A DNA stretch of 64,000 nt, from assembly GCA_964016885.1 (NCBI GenBank), contig OZ024751.1:15624001-15688000 (forward strand), written 5' to 3'. Positions 40,285-54,414 of this stretch are shown in pieces. This DNA is from Eledone cirrhosa (lineage: Eukaryota). A program made the translations under genes and the position numbers. Position 1 is the first letter of the stretch. Each line of letters begins with the position of its first letter. The notes beneath the pieces were generated by a model. That model searched no databases and was not told the DNA's origin. It worked only from the letters and a program-made list of their open reading frames with translations.

Positions 40285-43200
40285 CCATTGGATTATTGTG
40301 TATTTCTCTCCCCCTCTCTCTCTGAAATGTCTATCTGTCTCTCTCGCTCCCTCTATCTCCCTCTATCTCCCTCCTCCATTGGATTATTGTGTATTTATCT
40401 CCCCCTCTCTCTCTGAAATGTCTATCTGTCTCTCTCGCTCCCTCTATCTCCCTCTATCTCCCTCCTCCATTGGATTATTGTGTATTTCTCTTCCCCTCTC
40501 TCTCTGAAATGTCTATCTGTCTCTCTCGCTCCCTCTATCTCCCTCTATCTCCCTCCTCCATTGGATTATTGTGTATTTATCTCCCCCTCTCTCTCTGAAA
40601 TGTCTATCTGTCTGTCTCGCTCCCTCTATCTCCCTCTATCTCCCTCCTCCGTTGGATTATTGTGTATTTCTCTCCCCCTCTCTCTCTGAAATGTCTATCT
40701 GTCTCTCTCGCTCCCTCTATCTCCCTCTATCTCCCTCCTCCATTGGATTATTGTGTATTTCTCTCCCCCTCTATCTCTGAAATGTCTATCTGTCTCTCTC
40801 GCTCCCTCTATCTCCCTCTATCTCCCTCCTCCATTGGATTATTGTGTATTTATCTCCCCCTCTCTCTCTGAAATGTCTATCTGTCTCTCTCGCTCCCTCT
40901 ATCTCCCTCTATCTCCCTCCTCCATTGGATTATTGTGTATTTCTCTCCCCCTCTCTCTCTGAAATGTCTATCTGTCTCTCTCGCTCCCTCTATCTCCCTC
41001 TATCTCCCTCCTCCATTGGATTATTGTGTATTTATCTCCCCCTCTCTCTCTGAAATGTCTATCTGTCTGTCTCGCTCCCTCTATCTCCCTCTATCTCCCT
41101 CCTCCGTTGGATTATTGTGTATTTCTCTCCCCCTCTCTCTCTGAAATGTCTATCTGTCTCTCTCGCTCCCTCTATCTCCCTCTATCTCCCTCCTCCATTG
41201 GATTATTGTGTATTTCTCTCCCCCTCTCTCTCTGAAATGTCTATCTGTCTCTCTCGCTCCCTCTATCTCCCTCTATCTCCCTCCTCCATTGGATTATTGT
41301 GTATTTCTCTCCCCCTCTCTCTCTGAAATGTCTATCTGTCTCTCTCGCTCCCTCTATCTCCCTCTATCTCCCTCCTCCATTGGATTATTGTGTATTTATC
41401 TCCCCCTCTCTCTCTGAAATGTCTATCTGTCTCTCTCGCTCCCTCTATCTCCCTCTATCTCCCTCCTCCATTGGATTATTGTGTATTTCTCTCCCCCTCT
41501 CTCTCTGAAATGTCTATCTGTCTCTCTCGCTCCCTCTATCCCCCTCTATCTCCCTCCTCCATTGGATTATTGTGTATTTATCTCCCCCTCTCTCTCTGAA
41601 ATGTCTATCTGTCTCTCTCGCTCCCTCTATCTCCCTCTATCTCCCTCCTCCATTGGATTATTGTGTATTTCTCTCCCCCTCTCTCTCTGAAATGTCTATC
41701 TGTCTCTCTCGCTCCCTCTATCTCCCTCTATCTCCCTCCTCCATTGGATTATTGTGTATTTATCTCCCCCTCTCTCTCTGAAATGTCTATCTGTCTGTCT
41801 CGCTCCCTCTATCTCCCTCTATCTCCCTCCTCCATTGGATTATTGTGTATTTCTCTCCCCCTCTCTCTCTGAAATGTCTATCTGTCTATATGTCTCTCTC
41901 GCTCCCTCTATCTCCCTCTATCTCCCCCCTCCGTTGGATTATTGTGTATTTCTCTCCCCCTCTCTCTCTGAAATGTCTATCTGTCTCTCTGTCTCTCTCG
42001 CTCCCTCTATCTCCCTCTATCTCCCCCCTCCATTGGATTATTGTGTATTTCTCTCCCCCTCTCTCTCTGAAATGTCTATCTGTCTCTCTGTCTCTCTCGC
42101 TCCCTCTATCTCCCTCTATCTCCCTCCTCCATTGGATTATTGTGTATTTCTCTCCCCCTCTCTCTCTGAAATGTCTATCTGTCTCTCTCGCTCCCTCTAT
42201 CTCCCTCTATCTCCCCCCTCCGTTGGATTATTGTGTATTTCTCTCCCCCTCTCTCTCTGAAATATCTATCTGTCTCTCTGTCTCTCTCGCTCCCTCTATC
42301 TCCCTCTATCTCCCCCCTCCGTTGGATTATTGTGTATTTCTCTCCCCCTCTCTCTCTGAAATGTCTATCTGTCTCTCTGTCTCTCTCTATCTCCCTCTAC
42401 CTCCCTCTACCTCCCTCTATCTCCCTCTATCTCCCCCTATCTCCCTCCTCCATTGGATTATTGTGTATTTCTCTCCCCCTCTCTCTCTGAAATGTCTATC
42501 TGTCTCTCTGTCTCTCTCGCTCCCTCTATCTCCCTCTATCTCCCTCCTCCATTGGATTATTGTGTATTTCTCTCCCCCTCTCTCTCTGAAATGTCTATCT
42601 GTCTGTCTCGCTCCCTCTATCTCCCTCCTCCATTGGAGTATTGTGTATTTCTCTCCCCCTCTCTCTCTGAAATGTCTATCTGTCTGTCTCGCTCCCTCTA
42701 TCTCCCTCCTCCATTGGAGTATTGTGTATTTCTCTCCCCCTCTCTCTCTGAAATATCTATCTGTCTGTCTCGCTCCCTCTATCTCCCTCCTCCATTGGAG
42801 TATTGTGTATTTCTCTCCCCCTCTCTCTCTGAAATGTCTATCTGTCTGTCTCGCTCCCTCTATCTCCCTCCTCCATTGGAGTATTGTGTATTTCTCTCCC
42901 CCTCTCTCTCTGAAATGTCTATCTGTCTGTCTCGCTCCCTCTATCTCCCTCTATCTCCCTCCTCCATTGGATTATTGTGTATTTCTCTCCCCCTCTCTCT
43001 CTGAAATGTCTATCTGTCTGTCTCGCTCCCTCTATCTCCCTCTATCTCCCTCCTCCATTGGAGTATTGTGTATTTCTCTCCCCCTCTCTCTCTGAAATGT
43101 CTATCTGTCTGTCTCGCTCCCTCTATCTCCCTCTATCTCCCTCCTCCATTGGAGTATTGTGTATTTCTCTCCCCCTCTCTCTCTGAAATGTCTATCTGTC

Positions 43201-43920
43201 TGTCTCGCTCCCTCTATCTCCCTCTATCTCCCTCCTCCATTGGAGTATTGTGTATTTCTCTCCCCCTCTCTCTCTGAAATGTCTATCTGTCTGTCTCGCT
43301 CCCTCTATCTCCCTCTATCTCCCTCCTCCATTGGATTATTGTGTATTTCTCTCCCCCTCTCTCTCTGAAATGTCTATCTGTCTGTCTCGCTCCCTCTATC
43401 TCCCTCTATCTCCCTCCTCCATTGGATTATTGTGTATTTCTCTCCCCCTCTCTCTCTGAAATGTCTATCTGTCTCTCTGTCTCTCTCTATCTCCCTCTAC
43501 CTCCCTCTACCTCCCTCTATCTCCCTCTATCTCCCCCTATCTCCCTCCTCCATTGGATTATTGTGTATTTCTCTCCCCCTCTCTCTCTGAAATGTCTATC
43601 TGTCTGTCTGTCTCTCTCGCTCCCTCTATCTCCCTCTATCTCCCTCCTCCATTGGATTATTGTGTATTTCTCTCCCCCTCTCTCTCTGAAATGTCTATCT
43701 ATCTCTCTCTCTGTCTCGCTCCCTCTATCTCCCTCTATCTCCCTCCTCCATTGGATTATTGTGTATTTCTCTCCCCCTCTCTCTCTGAAATGTCTATCTG
43801 TCTGTCTGTCTCTCTCGCTCCCTCTATCTCCTTCCTCCATTGGATTATTGTGTATTTCTCTCCCCCTCTCTCTCTCTGAAATGTCTATCTGTCTCTCTGT
43901 CTCTCGCGCTCCCTCTATCT
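40285..43920. repeat. 91-bp pyrimidine-rich satellite (~39 units; 99- and 81-bp variants in the 3' half)
   Basis: CCATTGGATTATTGTGTATTT...CTGAAATGTCTATC unit; ORF starts step by 91 bp (40298, 40389, 40480...). Confidence 0.97.
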
Positions 43921-44062
43921 CTGCCACTCCCCTCCCCTCTCTCTCTCTCTATATATATATAAAGTGTGTGGGTGTGTGTGTGAGAGAGAGAGTCAGAGAG
44001 AGGGAGGGAATGAGAGAAAGAGTAGCGAGAAGAGTGTGAGAAAGACATATATATAAATACAC

Positions 44063-44096
<34 letters not shown>

Positions 44097-44269
44097 GAGG
44101 GAGAGAGAGATAGAGGGGGAAGGAGAGAGAGAGAGGAGGAAAGAGAGAGAGGGAAGGAGAGAGAGGGGATGGGGGAGGGAGAGAGAGAGAGAGAGGGAAG
44201 GAGAGAAAGAGTAGGGAGAAGAGTGTGAGGAAGACATATATATAAATACACTATATATATATAGATACA

Positions 44270-44315
<46 letters not shown>

Positions 44316-44323
44316 AATGAAAA

Positions 44324-44369
<46 letters not shown>

Positions 44370-44675
44370 GAAGGAGAGAGAAAGATTGAAGAGAGAGAGT
44401 GAGTGAGAGAAAGGAGCGAGAAAGAGTGAGAGGGAGAGAGAGAGAGAGAGAGAGTAGCGAGAGAGCAAGTGAAATATCTACATGTAAATACATTATTTAT
44501 AATGATTGTTACATTCTTACTTTACATAATTACTTTGAATAATCATGAGATTAGATTATTCATTTATTCAGTTATGATAACTATTTTATACTTGAATTAG
44601 TTTTAACTTGGTCTTCAACTCTTTATGCATGATGTACTTGTAGTTAGTTCTTACAATATTATATTATATTATATT

Positions 44676-44862
44676 GGTGAATTGGCAGTATCGGTAGAGC
44701 GTCAGACACCATGCTTTACAGCATAGAGTTATGGCCCTTTACGTTCCGAGTTCAAATCCCGCCGAGGTTAACTTTGCCTTTCATCCTTACGGGGTCGATA
44801 AAATAAAGTACCAGTAATGCTCTGGAATAATTGCTGGCCTTGTGCCAAAAGTAGAAACAATT
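44676..44862 (+). mobile_element. Nin/Deu-domain SINE
   Basis: TTGGCAGTATCGGTAGAGC A box, GAGTTCAAATCCC B box, GCCTTTCATCCTTACGGGGTCGATAAA core. Confidence 0.88.
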
Positions 44863-44869
44863 ATATTAG

Positions 44870-45052
44870 ATTATGAAGACTAAAATCCAAAGAGGGCTCG
44901 ACAAGGATATATATATATAAAATATATATATATAAAATATATAGGAACCGTAGAGCAAATATTTATTAAAATAACAGATTAAAGTTTAAGCAAAGAATCG
45001 CTTAACGAAAGCAGCGATTCTTTGCTTAAACTTTAATCTGCTATTTTAATAT
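44870..45052. mobile_element. Palindromic copy of the 19715-19925 family with a different fold-back point
   Basis: TTAAAATAACAGATTAAAGTTTAAGCAAAGAATCGCT...AGCGATTCTTTGCTTAAACTTTAATCTG; same left tail as the 19715 copy. Confidence 0.85.
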
Positions 45053-45074
45053 ATATATATATTCTCTCTTTTTT

Positions 45075-45320
45075 CTAAGGCGGGTAAAATTCCCGAGATC
45101 CATGGACGAGTTCTTTCCAGCGGTCTCTGTCCCTCATTATCGCTGCCATGTCCTGCGTCTCCAATAGACCAGTGTCTGTCCTTAGGGCATCAACATACGT
45201 TAACCTTGGTCTTCCTCTTCTAGTGTGTCCATGTAGGGGATCCCAAAGGAGCACTGAGTGCAATGTCAACTCTGGATGTCGGTGAGCATGTCCAGCCAAC
45301 CTCAGTCTCCTCTGGTTGAG
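45075..45320 (-). mobile_element. RTE-clade LINE 3' end
   Basis: LRLAGHAHRH...VLLWDPLHGHTRRGRPRLTYVDAL...MRDRDRW, a typical RTE C-terminus. Confidence 0.85.
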
Positions 45321-45461
45321 GGCTTCCTTTTAAAGGGAGACTATTCTTTATCCACCTAACCTTAACTCTTTGACATTAGAGATAGAACAGATACTCTATA
45401 CCATTTCCTCTCAGCATGACTTGGCAAGCTATTTAGAATACTGGTTTAACCGCTTTACTTC

Positions 45462-45496
45462 CCTCTGAAGAAGAGATATTATCTCGAAAATTAAGG
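45462..45496 (+). ncRNA. Minimal type I hammerhead ribozyme
   Basis: CCU-CUGAAGA-A-GAGAU(AUU)AUCUC-GAAAAUUA-AGG; palindromic AAUU stem III; stem I only 3 bp. Confidence 0.6.
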
Positions 45497-45606
45497 ACAT
45501 TTAAATAAATATAAGGTAAAAGACTAATTGTCAACAATATCTTTTGCATTTGCATTTTTATTTTTATTATATGTCCATACCTGCATTGTTTGGCTTTACA
45601 AATTCA

Positions 45607-45711
<105 letters not shown>

Positions 45712-45779
45712 ATCTATTTATATATAGATAGATAGATATAAAGCTATATCTGTATACATAGGGAGATGGTATCATATGC

Positions 45780-45945
45780 ACCCTCCCATGGACACACTGG
45801 AAGGGGAAGACCAAGGTTAACATATGTTGATGCCCTAAGGGCAGACAGTGGTCTCTTGGAGACGCAGGATATGGCGGCGATGCTGAGAGACAGCGACCGC
45901 TGGAGAGAACTCGTCCATGGATCTTGGGAATTTTACCCGCCCTAG
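45780..45945 (+). mobile_element. Second RTE 3' end (same family, opposite strand)
   Basis: GGAAGACCAAGGTTAACATATGTTGATGCCCTAAGG...GGGAATTTTACCCGCC matches the reverse complement of 45075-45240. Confidence 0.85.
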
Positions 45946-46587
45946 ATATATACAGACATTTATCAGAATACATTTATATCACTACAAACATAGAAAAAAG
46001 TGTAACAAAACATATTCAACCATATCTTGGTACAAAACTCGAAACACAATTAAAAATAATTAAAAAAAATGTGCAACAATAACAACAACAACAACAACAA
46101 CAACAACAAAAAGAAACAACTAAAATAAAACATATAAAGAAAATCAAAAATGATAGTTAAGAATCCTACTATTACTATTAGCATTATATATTTATGCAGA
46201 ATCACATAGAGATATGATAAGTATATTATAGTGTGTACTTATAAAAACAGCAACGATCATAATCTGAAGCCTATTCTATAAGATATAAGACAGAGATTCT
46301 AAAGAATATATCGATATATGCATTTACACAGAAAGCTTTTTTATCTTTATGTATTTAATAGCGCATACACATGCACACTGACACATACATGTTCACACGC
46401 ACACACACATACATATATACATTTCATATATGATATATATATATATATATATACATATTGATATTTATATTTTTTTTCATATATATATATGTATACAGAT
46501 ATATATTTTGATAGATATATTTATATGTATATATACACATTCACACACATACACATGTATATATATATGTATATATATATATATATG

Positions 46588-46699
<112 letters not shown>

Positions 46700-46713
46700 T
46701 ATGTATATATGTA

Positions 46714-46784
<71 letters not shown>

Positions 46785-47187
46785 GTACACACACACTCAC
46801 ATACGCATATATATAAATAGTTGTTCATTTACATCGTTATAAGAGCTGTACATATTCATGAAAAACCACAACACAAACCATTACCCCCCCCCCCCCCCCC
46901 ACCAAAAAACAACAAAAAAACCCCCAAAAACCAACAAAACACCCCAACAGACAACTTGGTAACAATACAGTAAATAGTAACTTATTTAAACATAGAATGA
47001 AAAAATGATGAAATATGGCTGTTCACGAGTTTCTTGCTAATATTAGTACAGTAAAAAACAGCGTTTACTAATGAGAATCAACAACAAACATTTAGAATAA
47101 ATATATTCTCCTCATATCTAGTTCCTACCTCAACTAATTCTGCTCTTTAGCTATTGTTAAAATATGTGAAATGTTTGTCGTTTGGCC

Positions 47188-47296
<109 letters not shown>

Positions 47297-47388
47297 TATA
47301 TATAATATATATATAATATATATATAATATATATTATATATATATATAATATATATATATAATATATATTATATATATATTATATATA

Positions 47389-47461
<73 letters not shown>

Positions 47462-47475
47462 AATATATATATAAT

Positions 47476-47544
<69 letters not shown>

Positions 47545-47647
47545 TATAATATATATATATATAATATATATATAATATATATATAATATATATTATATAT
47601 ATATATAATATATATATATAATATATATTATATATATATTATATATA

Positions 47648-47691
<44 letters not shown>

Positions 47692-47857
47692 TAGTTTTGC
47701 GAGGTTTTTGATATGAAATCGTGTGTCGAAACAAATATTGTTATACTTGGGGAGGGTCATATTTGTGTAATATTGTCAGAATTAATAACAGAACACACTC
47801 ACTGTTTGGTTGGTTTTCGCTTTTCGCTTCTGTGTCTTTTATATCGGTAATCTAATC

Positions 47858-49737
47858 GACGACCCGACAACAGGACCACCAACAAGACCTGTATGCGGAG
47901 CAAATATAGCTAGCAACTACAGGATCTCCTACTTCCTCTCAATGGTTATACGCCCCATAATCAAGATGTCCCTAGATGTATGTGACAGTACAGAGGACCT
48001 CCTCAGCAGAATCAGTGAGTGCAACAACAACAGGAACCTATCCAACTGCATAATAGGCAGCATGGATATGGTATCACTGTACCCACCCATTAACATTGAT
48101 TTTGCTGTGGAAAAATGTGTGGAGATGATCATTGAGAGTGAGGTGGAGTTCTGCGACGTCGACACAGACGAACTGGGCCTCCTACTTAGACTTACCTACG
48201 ACACTGACTACATTAGACAGCCATGACCTTAGACGTTTCTGCCCCAGTAGACCCATAAGAGGTAGACCCCCCCACCATAACCTCAATGGCTAAAAAGACT
48301 CCCATGGGAAGGTGGATTGGGTGGACCAAAGCTATGCGGACCCCCCAAAACAATGATCAGGTAAGAAAAATGGTCGCACATGCAATAGGGGCTAGTATCA
48401 AAACTACCCTAAAGAGCCACATATTCAAGTTCAACGAGAAGATCTACACCCAAAATGAGGGAGCAGCCATTGGCGTCAGCATAGCTGGTGACGTTGCCAA
48501 CCTTTTTATGGTATGGTGGGAAAGGAGACTTAAAGATCTTAATGAGAGCTCCATAAACCTCATCATGTACTCTCGTTACGTAGACGATATCAATATAGTT
48601 ATAAGAACATCCCCACAAGAGAGCACTAACAAGTTGGATTTAGAACGTAGCACAATGGAAAGCATCCAGCAGATAGCTAATTCCATACACCAGAGTATAA
48701 CTGTAACTATCGACTACCCTTCCAAACACCCTAACAATAGACTACCTGTATTAGACACGGAACTCTGGATTAACACTATAGACGAGAGAGCCCAAATTCT
48801 CCACTCACACTATGTTAAACCCATGGCCTCCAAATACCTGATACTCAAAAACTCAGCAATGTCCAGTAGTGCTAAGTTTAATATTCTGATCGTAGACTTG
48901 ATACGAGTGATGAAGAACGTGTCCCGCATGTGCGACCCAACAGAAATGGAAAGACACATCCAACACTTCATCAACCGCATGCAGTTCTCTGGCTACAACC
49001 AAAGAGACAGAGTCAGAGTATACGAAGGAGCCACGGAGAAGTATAAGACCCTCATAGAACTGGACATGAAAGGAATTTGCCCATTATACAGGAGCAAATC
49101 ATGGAATAGATTAGATAGGGCTAGACATAAGATAGGGAAAGCCACCTCATGGTACGACAACCAGAGATACCAGCGTGTCATGTTTGTGGACGTTACCCCT
49201 GGAGGGAAATTAGCTAACCAGTGTAGAAAGGCCCCGAGAAAGACCCACTTAAAGATTAAGGTGGTAGAAAAGCCAGGAACCACCATAAAATCCCTGATCA
49301 GCAAAACCTACCCTTTTAAGAAAACCCACTGTACTAAGAGGAAATGTATCATATGTAAGGTAAACCCCCGGATAAATTGTAAAACTAGAAACGTAGTCTA
49401 TAGCATAAGATGTACAGAGGGTACTTGCAGAAACATGACAACAACATACATAGGCGAGACAGCTCGTAGCATAGGTGAAAGGATAGACTAACACTGGGGG
49501 GAACTAAAAGGACGAAAAAACGGTTCAGTACTATACGAACATGCCAGACAACAACACGACGGTAACATAGACAACATAGAAATTAGAATAATATCTAAAC
49601 ATAGAAATGACCCAGCAGATAGGCAAATCAGAGAGGCCAGTGAACTAGAACTTAGAAGAAGGCCAAGGTTAAACAGAAAGAATGAATGGAATAACTACAA
49701 CACCCAAACAAACAACACTGATCTAAGAGAAGTATAA
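47858..49737 (+). pseudogene. PLE polyprotein: reverse transcriptase + Cys-rich linker + GIY-YIG endonuclease
   Basis: RT motifs PTRPVCGA, GSMDMVSLYP, QNEGAAIG, SRYVDD, LPVLD; linker CTKRKCIIC; endonuclease NVVYSIRC...YIGETARSIGER..H...EHA...E...LNRKNEW. Two +1 frameshifts (~48221 and the C7 run at 48267-48273) and a TAA at 49489. Confidence 0.93.
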
Positions 49738-49997
49738 ATAAATAAATAGATAAATCAATAAATAAATACATACACAAGCACAATAACAACAAACGCATAT
49801 AAACACACACTAGTAAAGATAGAATACATTAACCAATACACAGTCACCCAATCACGAACACACATCAAACAAAACACTATACACACACGCAAACGCATGC
49901 ACAAAGAAGACAAAATAAAATAAACAAATACATAAATGTATAAACAGACTAAATAAAGATGGCGTAGAAAATACAATGCAACGGGACGAAACAATAG

Positions 49998-50041
49998 CAC
50001 CACTGACGATGTTGCAGATGTGCAACGAAAGAACTTTGATA
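49998..50041 (+). ncRNA. Hammerhead ribozyme of the PLE pLTR (stem I eroded)
   Basis: CACCA-CUGACGA-U-GUUGCA(GAUG)UGCAAC-GAAAGAACUU-UGAUA; expected position downstream of the ORF. Confidence 0.68.
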
Positions 50042-50608
50042 AACTATATATATGTGTTTGTGTCTATATTGTATCTGTATTATTTTTGACCGTTGGTCAG
50101 TCAATGGCATCATTGAGGCCCGAATAAATTAGATTACCGATATAAAAGACACAGAAGCGAAAAGCGAAAACCAACCAAACAGTGAGTGTGTTCTGTTATT
50201 AATTCTGGCAATATTACACAAATATGACCCTCCCCAAGTATAACAATATATATATATATATAATATATATATATAATATATATATAATATATATTATATA
50301 TATATATAATATATATATATATCATAAAGTATGTCCATAGAATCATTTGATAAAATATATACACCATTTCCTCTCCCAATTAGCATAATTAACCACAAAA
50401 AATCAATTAGACCAGGCTATAAGAATAAAGGCTCCTATGAAGAAATATTTGATAAATAAACGACAGCAGCCTCTTCGCGGCCGACCGCATAAGAATATTT
50501 ACCCCACATTTCAACAGCATGTAGAAATCGACTAAATATATCGTCAACCATACATAATTAGGTATAAATTTAAAGTTAGAAGAAATGCGTACACTCTTAC
50601 CACGATTA

Positions 50609-50690
50609 TGTCTCTACGCTGGGGTTTCGTTCGCGTTTTGAGATATCCTATTAAGGATAAAATCTCGAGTTTCGAACTCACCAGGAGACA
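50609..50690 (-). ncRNA. Type I hammerhead fold with an A6G core change
   Basis: UGUCUC-CUGGUGA-GUUCG...CGAAC-GAAAC(CCCAGC)GUA-GAGACA; 6-bp stem I, 49-nt stem II domain. Confidence 0.7.
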
Positions 50691-50934
50691 AACTCATAGG
50701 ACAGGTAATTTTCCAAAGCGATCCCCGCCAGAAATAGATTCAAAAATGGCCAAGAATCGTGACGTGGCAGTGGTCAAGTTAGAAAGAATGTGATTAGTTG
50801 CTTACGGCGAATGGGCTGGTTGCTATACAGAGAGAGAGAGGGAGAGAGAAAGACTTTCTTTCTCAAATACACACAAACACACATATATACAGAGTCACAG
50901 GCACACTCACTCACACACACACATACACACACAT

Positions 50935-50995
<61 letters not shown>

Positions 50996-51399
50996 CTCTC
51001 TTTCTCACATACACTCATACACACATATATACAGAGAGGGAGAGAGAAAGAGATATACACACGCTCTCTTTCTCACATACATACATACGCACATATATAT
51101 ACAGAGACACAGGCACACTCGTACACACATACACATACACAGAGAGGGAGGGAGAGAGAGAGAAAGAGAGAGACTTTCTTACACACCCACATACATACAG
51201 AGACAGGCGCACACTAAAATAATGCTTTACGTTAGACTGTATACACACATACACACACTCACACATATACACATACACACACTCTCATACACACACACAT
51301 ACTCTCTCTCTCTCTCACACACGCACACAGACACACGTACACATTCATACATATGCACGCACACAAACCTACATGCACATAGACATATGCACACAAACC

Positions 51400-51742
51400 T
51401 ACACATGCACACACCTACACATACACAAGCGCATACACACACTCACATAAGCATACATCTACACACACTCACACAAGCATACACCTACAGGCACTCACAC
51501 AAGCATACACCTACACAGTCACACAAGCATACACCTACACACACTCACACAAGCATATACCTACACACACTCACACAAACATACACCTACACACAAGCAT
51601 ATACCTACACACAGTCACATAAACATACACCTACACACTCACACAAGCATACACCTACACACACTGACACAAGCAGACACCTACACATACTGACACAAGC
51701 AAACACCTACACACACTTACACAAGCATACACCTACACACAG
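51400..51742. repeat. CA-rich ~24-bp minisatellite
   Basis: Unit CACACAAGCATACACCTACACACT, within a wider CA/GA tract at 50820-51742. Confidence 0.85.
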
Positions 51743-52494
51743 TTTCGAACACTTGAATGCGCTGATCTACACAATTGCAAATTTACTTGACACTGCCCAA
51801 AGGGACATAACTCCTTATTGGTGAAAGTATCAAAGTAAAAAGGAAGGCCTTATATTAACCTGAGTGAATTTGTTTAATTCAAAAGGGGAATTAATTCTAA
51901 AATGATAAAGATTTCCATTACATGTTAATTTAAAGGTATTAACAATTCTTTTCAGTAATAACGAATCTTGCTATTCACTGTAGTCGTAAAATTATGGTTG
52001 TTGTTGTTTAAGCCTCAGGTCAGCCTTCATTGAGTAGGCCCTTTACCAAAATAATCCCAGCTGTGTTTATAATGTCTTATATCCATACATAAATGTTTGA
52101 ATATATATTTGAAAGCTGAGGCAATGGAGAGGAGTTCCAGCTATATCCTGTAAAAAAAAAATCTCCATACAGTTTCAATACACAAGTTTTCAATATCCGA
52201 ATGGCTAGATGTCAACAGAAGGGCACTTGGATGCGGTCCGACCCCTTAGAGTGTAAGAAGTTAAGGGCCAAAATATTTGCATGAGAGGGCTCTCTTCTCC
52301 AAAGACCTTCTGCTGTCCAGCTCTTTAGAGAGTCTCTTACCACTATACTAGGGCAACATCATTTAACGAGGAGTGTGATATGAGAGAATATTTAACTGCT
52401 AATTTTAGTAAACCAAGTCCACTAAAAACATTGAAAGCATTCTCGTCGTTTAAGATTGTTCAGACGTTAATGTTATTATTAATAGAGCGGTGAG

Positions 52495-52945
52495 GGCGGT
52501 GGATTGGCAGAATCGGTAGAGCGTCGGACACCTTGCTTCGCGGCAGAGTTACGTCTCTTTACGTTCTGAGTTCAAATCCCGCCGAGGTTAACTTTGCCTT
52601 TCATCCTTACGGGGTCGATAAAATAAAGTACCAGTCACGCACTGAGGTCGATTTAATCGACTTTCCCCTCCCCCAAAACTGCTGGCCTTGTGCCTGTATA
52701 AGAAACCGTTATTAATAGGGCGGTGGATTGGCAGTATCGGTAGAGGTTCGGACGCCATGCTTTTTCAGCATTGAGTTACGGCCCTTTACAGTCTGAGTTC
52801 AAATATCGCTGAGGTTAACTTTGCATTTCATCCTTACGGAGTCGATAAAACAAAGTACCAGTAATACACTGGAGTCGATTCGATTTAATTGACTTTCCCC
52901 CTTCCGTTCAAATTGCTGGCCTTGTGCCAAATGTAGAAGCAATTA
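52495..52945 (+). mobile_element. Two tandem full-length Nin/Deu-domain SINEs (52495-52712, 52718-52945)
   Basis: GGCGGTGGATTGGCAG.ATCGGTAGAG heads, GAGTTCAAAT B boxes, shared core and TGCTGGCCTTGTGCC tails. Confidence 0.9.
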
Positions 52946-53496
52946 TATATTCTAATAGCTTGTATTGATTCTCATTAATCAATGTTGCTTTTTACTGCTC
53001 TAATATTAGCAAGAAACTTTCGAACAGCAATATTTTATTGTCTTTCATTCCATGTTTAAATAAGCAAGCTTTGTGTAAATTCAAATAAGATATTCAATTA
53101 TGAATAAAAGACTTTATAAACTCGTTACCTGTTTTTGCTTCCAGTTGTCCAAAGCAAAGCCCAATAAGTGATATCTTATTAAAAGAATGTGAATTTTTAT
53201 AGTTTACCACTCATAGCGCCATCTTGGCAATTCTGTATCAAATGTTCTACGCTTACAATAACCGCAGAACAAAACATTTTGGATTGATGAATACAGAAAC
53301 AATATGCCCAAGCAATAAATAGTCTATTGATTTTTTTATATTGTAAAAATAAACCACAAATAGTTGAGTTAATTGAAATTCTTTGAAAATGTAGAAATCC
53401 CAAACGCAGAAAATAACTGTAAACACAGTCAATTGTTATAAATAATAGCTTAGAAAATCGGATAAAAAACCCCTATAGATGGAAAAACAGCCAACA

Positions 53497-53571
53497 GCTG
53501 CTACGGAGGATCGAGCTTCATACCTCTCAAATTATGGCTGAGTGCTCTGTATAATTGAGTTAAACGACCCC
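53497..53571 (-). pseudogene. Decayed tRNA-like sequence or SINE head
   Basis: Minus strand TAACTCAATTATACAGAGCA-CTCAG(CCATAAT)TTGAG-AGGT...GCTCGATCC; tRNA-like spacing but many mismatches. Confidence 0.35.
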
Positions 53572-54414
53572 TTAACTGCAGAGGGCTAAGGTTTAAAAGT
53601 TGTTTTATGTCAAATTTATAAAAGAACACCTGCTTCGATTTCAGTGTGAAAAAAAAATGTTTGTGTTATCAACTAATCTAACCTCCAAGATGCTCGCAAT
53701 CAACTTTCCCCCCAGAAAAATGTAGGTGGTGTGGCTGGTGTCCCCCTCCCCCCAAATACCCCTCTCTCTTCTATGATTTTTTTTTTCGCTTGTTATCAAC
53801 GAATATGATCTCCAAATCTGTCAGAAACGACTAGTTTTGTAGAAAAAGGAGGTGAGAAAAGGGAGCAGAAAGTCCATCGGGGTTTCGCAGATCTACACCC
53901 AACTCGCATTTGGTAGGAAATAATTGTTTTTCTATAATAATGCCTGTCTTACAAATTAAGACGTATCTCAGACAGTGGAGAAGAGATATTAGATATTAGT
54001 CATGATTCTTTCAAGTTCTCCACGATTGATTTGATCCATGCAACTGATGTATCGTCTGTACATCTGCTTCGATAACAAAACAAACAAACATATGTAACTG
54101 AGTAAACAGCACTAAAAAGCCACCCAAACATTATGTGGTAGATGTTAAACCTCGGAAAGTGCTACGCCTATTACCCAAGTACGGTAGTAAGGTCTACTGT
54201 TGTTTGCTAGGAGTATTTGAAGCACTACTCAGACGATTATTCCTGGCATTCACCTTTCTTCTTTTTCTCTTTCTCTAACTTTCCATCTATCTTCCATCTA
54301 TCTTTCCATCTATCTTCTCCCCCCCCCACTACAAGCCAAACGGAGGAAGATATATATATGAGAAAGTTGTAGTTTGCTTGAAGAATTGTGTATGGTATAG
54401 AAAAATATGAAGTT

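Larger units (their letters stand above)
47692..50249 (+). mobile_element. 5'-truncated Penelope-like retroelement with an inverted pLTR segment, inserted in (TA)n
   Basis: 122-bp inverted repeats at 47735-47856 and 50128-50249, with an extra 43-nt tail on the left. RT and GIY-YIG lie inside, with an HHR in the 3' region. Confidence 0.93.

Noticed and set aside
41754-44039. Long ORFs up to 416 aa
   Set aside because: Products of the 91/99/81-bp satellite.
47810-47856. N-terminus of ORF 47810-48226
   Set aside because: It derives from the inverted pLTR arm, so it is not a true start.
48224-48226. In-frame TGA in the PLE RT as possible selenocysteine
   Set aside because: A TAG follows two codons later, and a +1 frameshift restores sensible sequence (HDLRRFCPSR).
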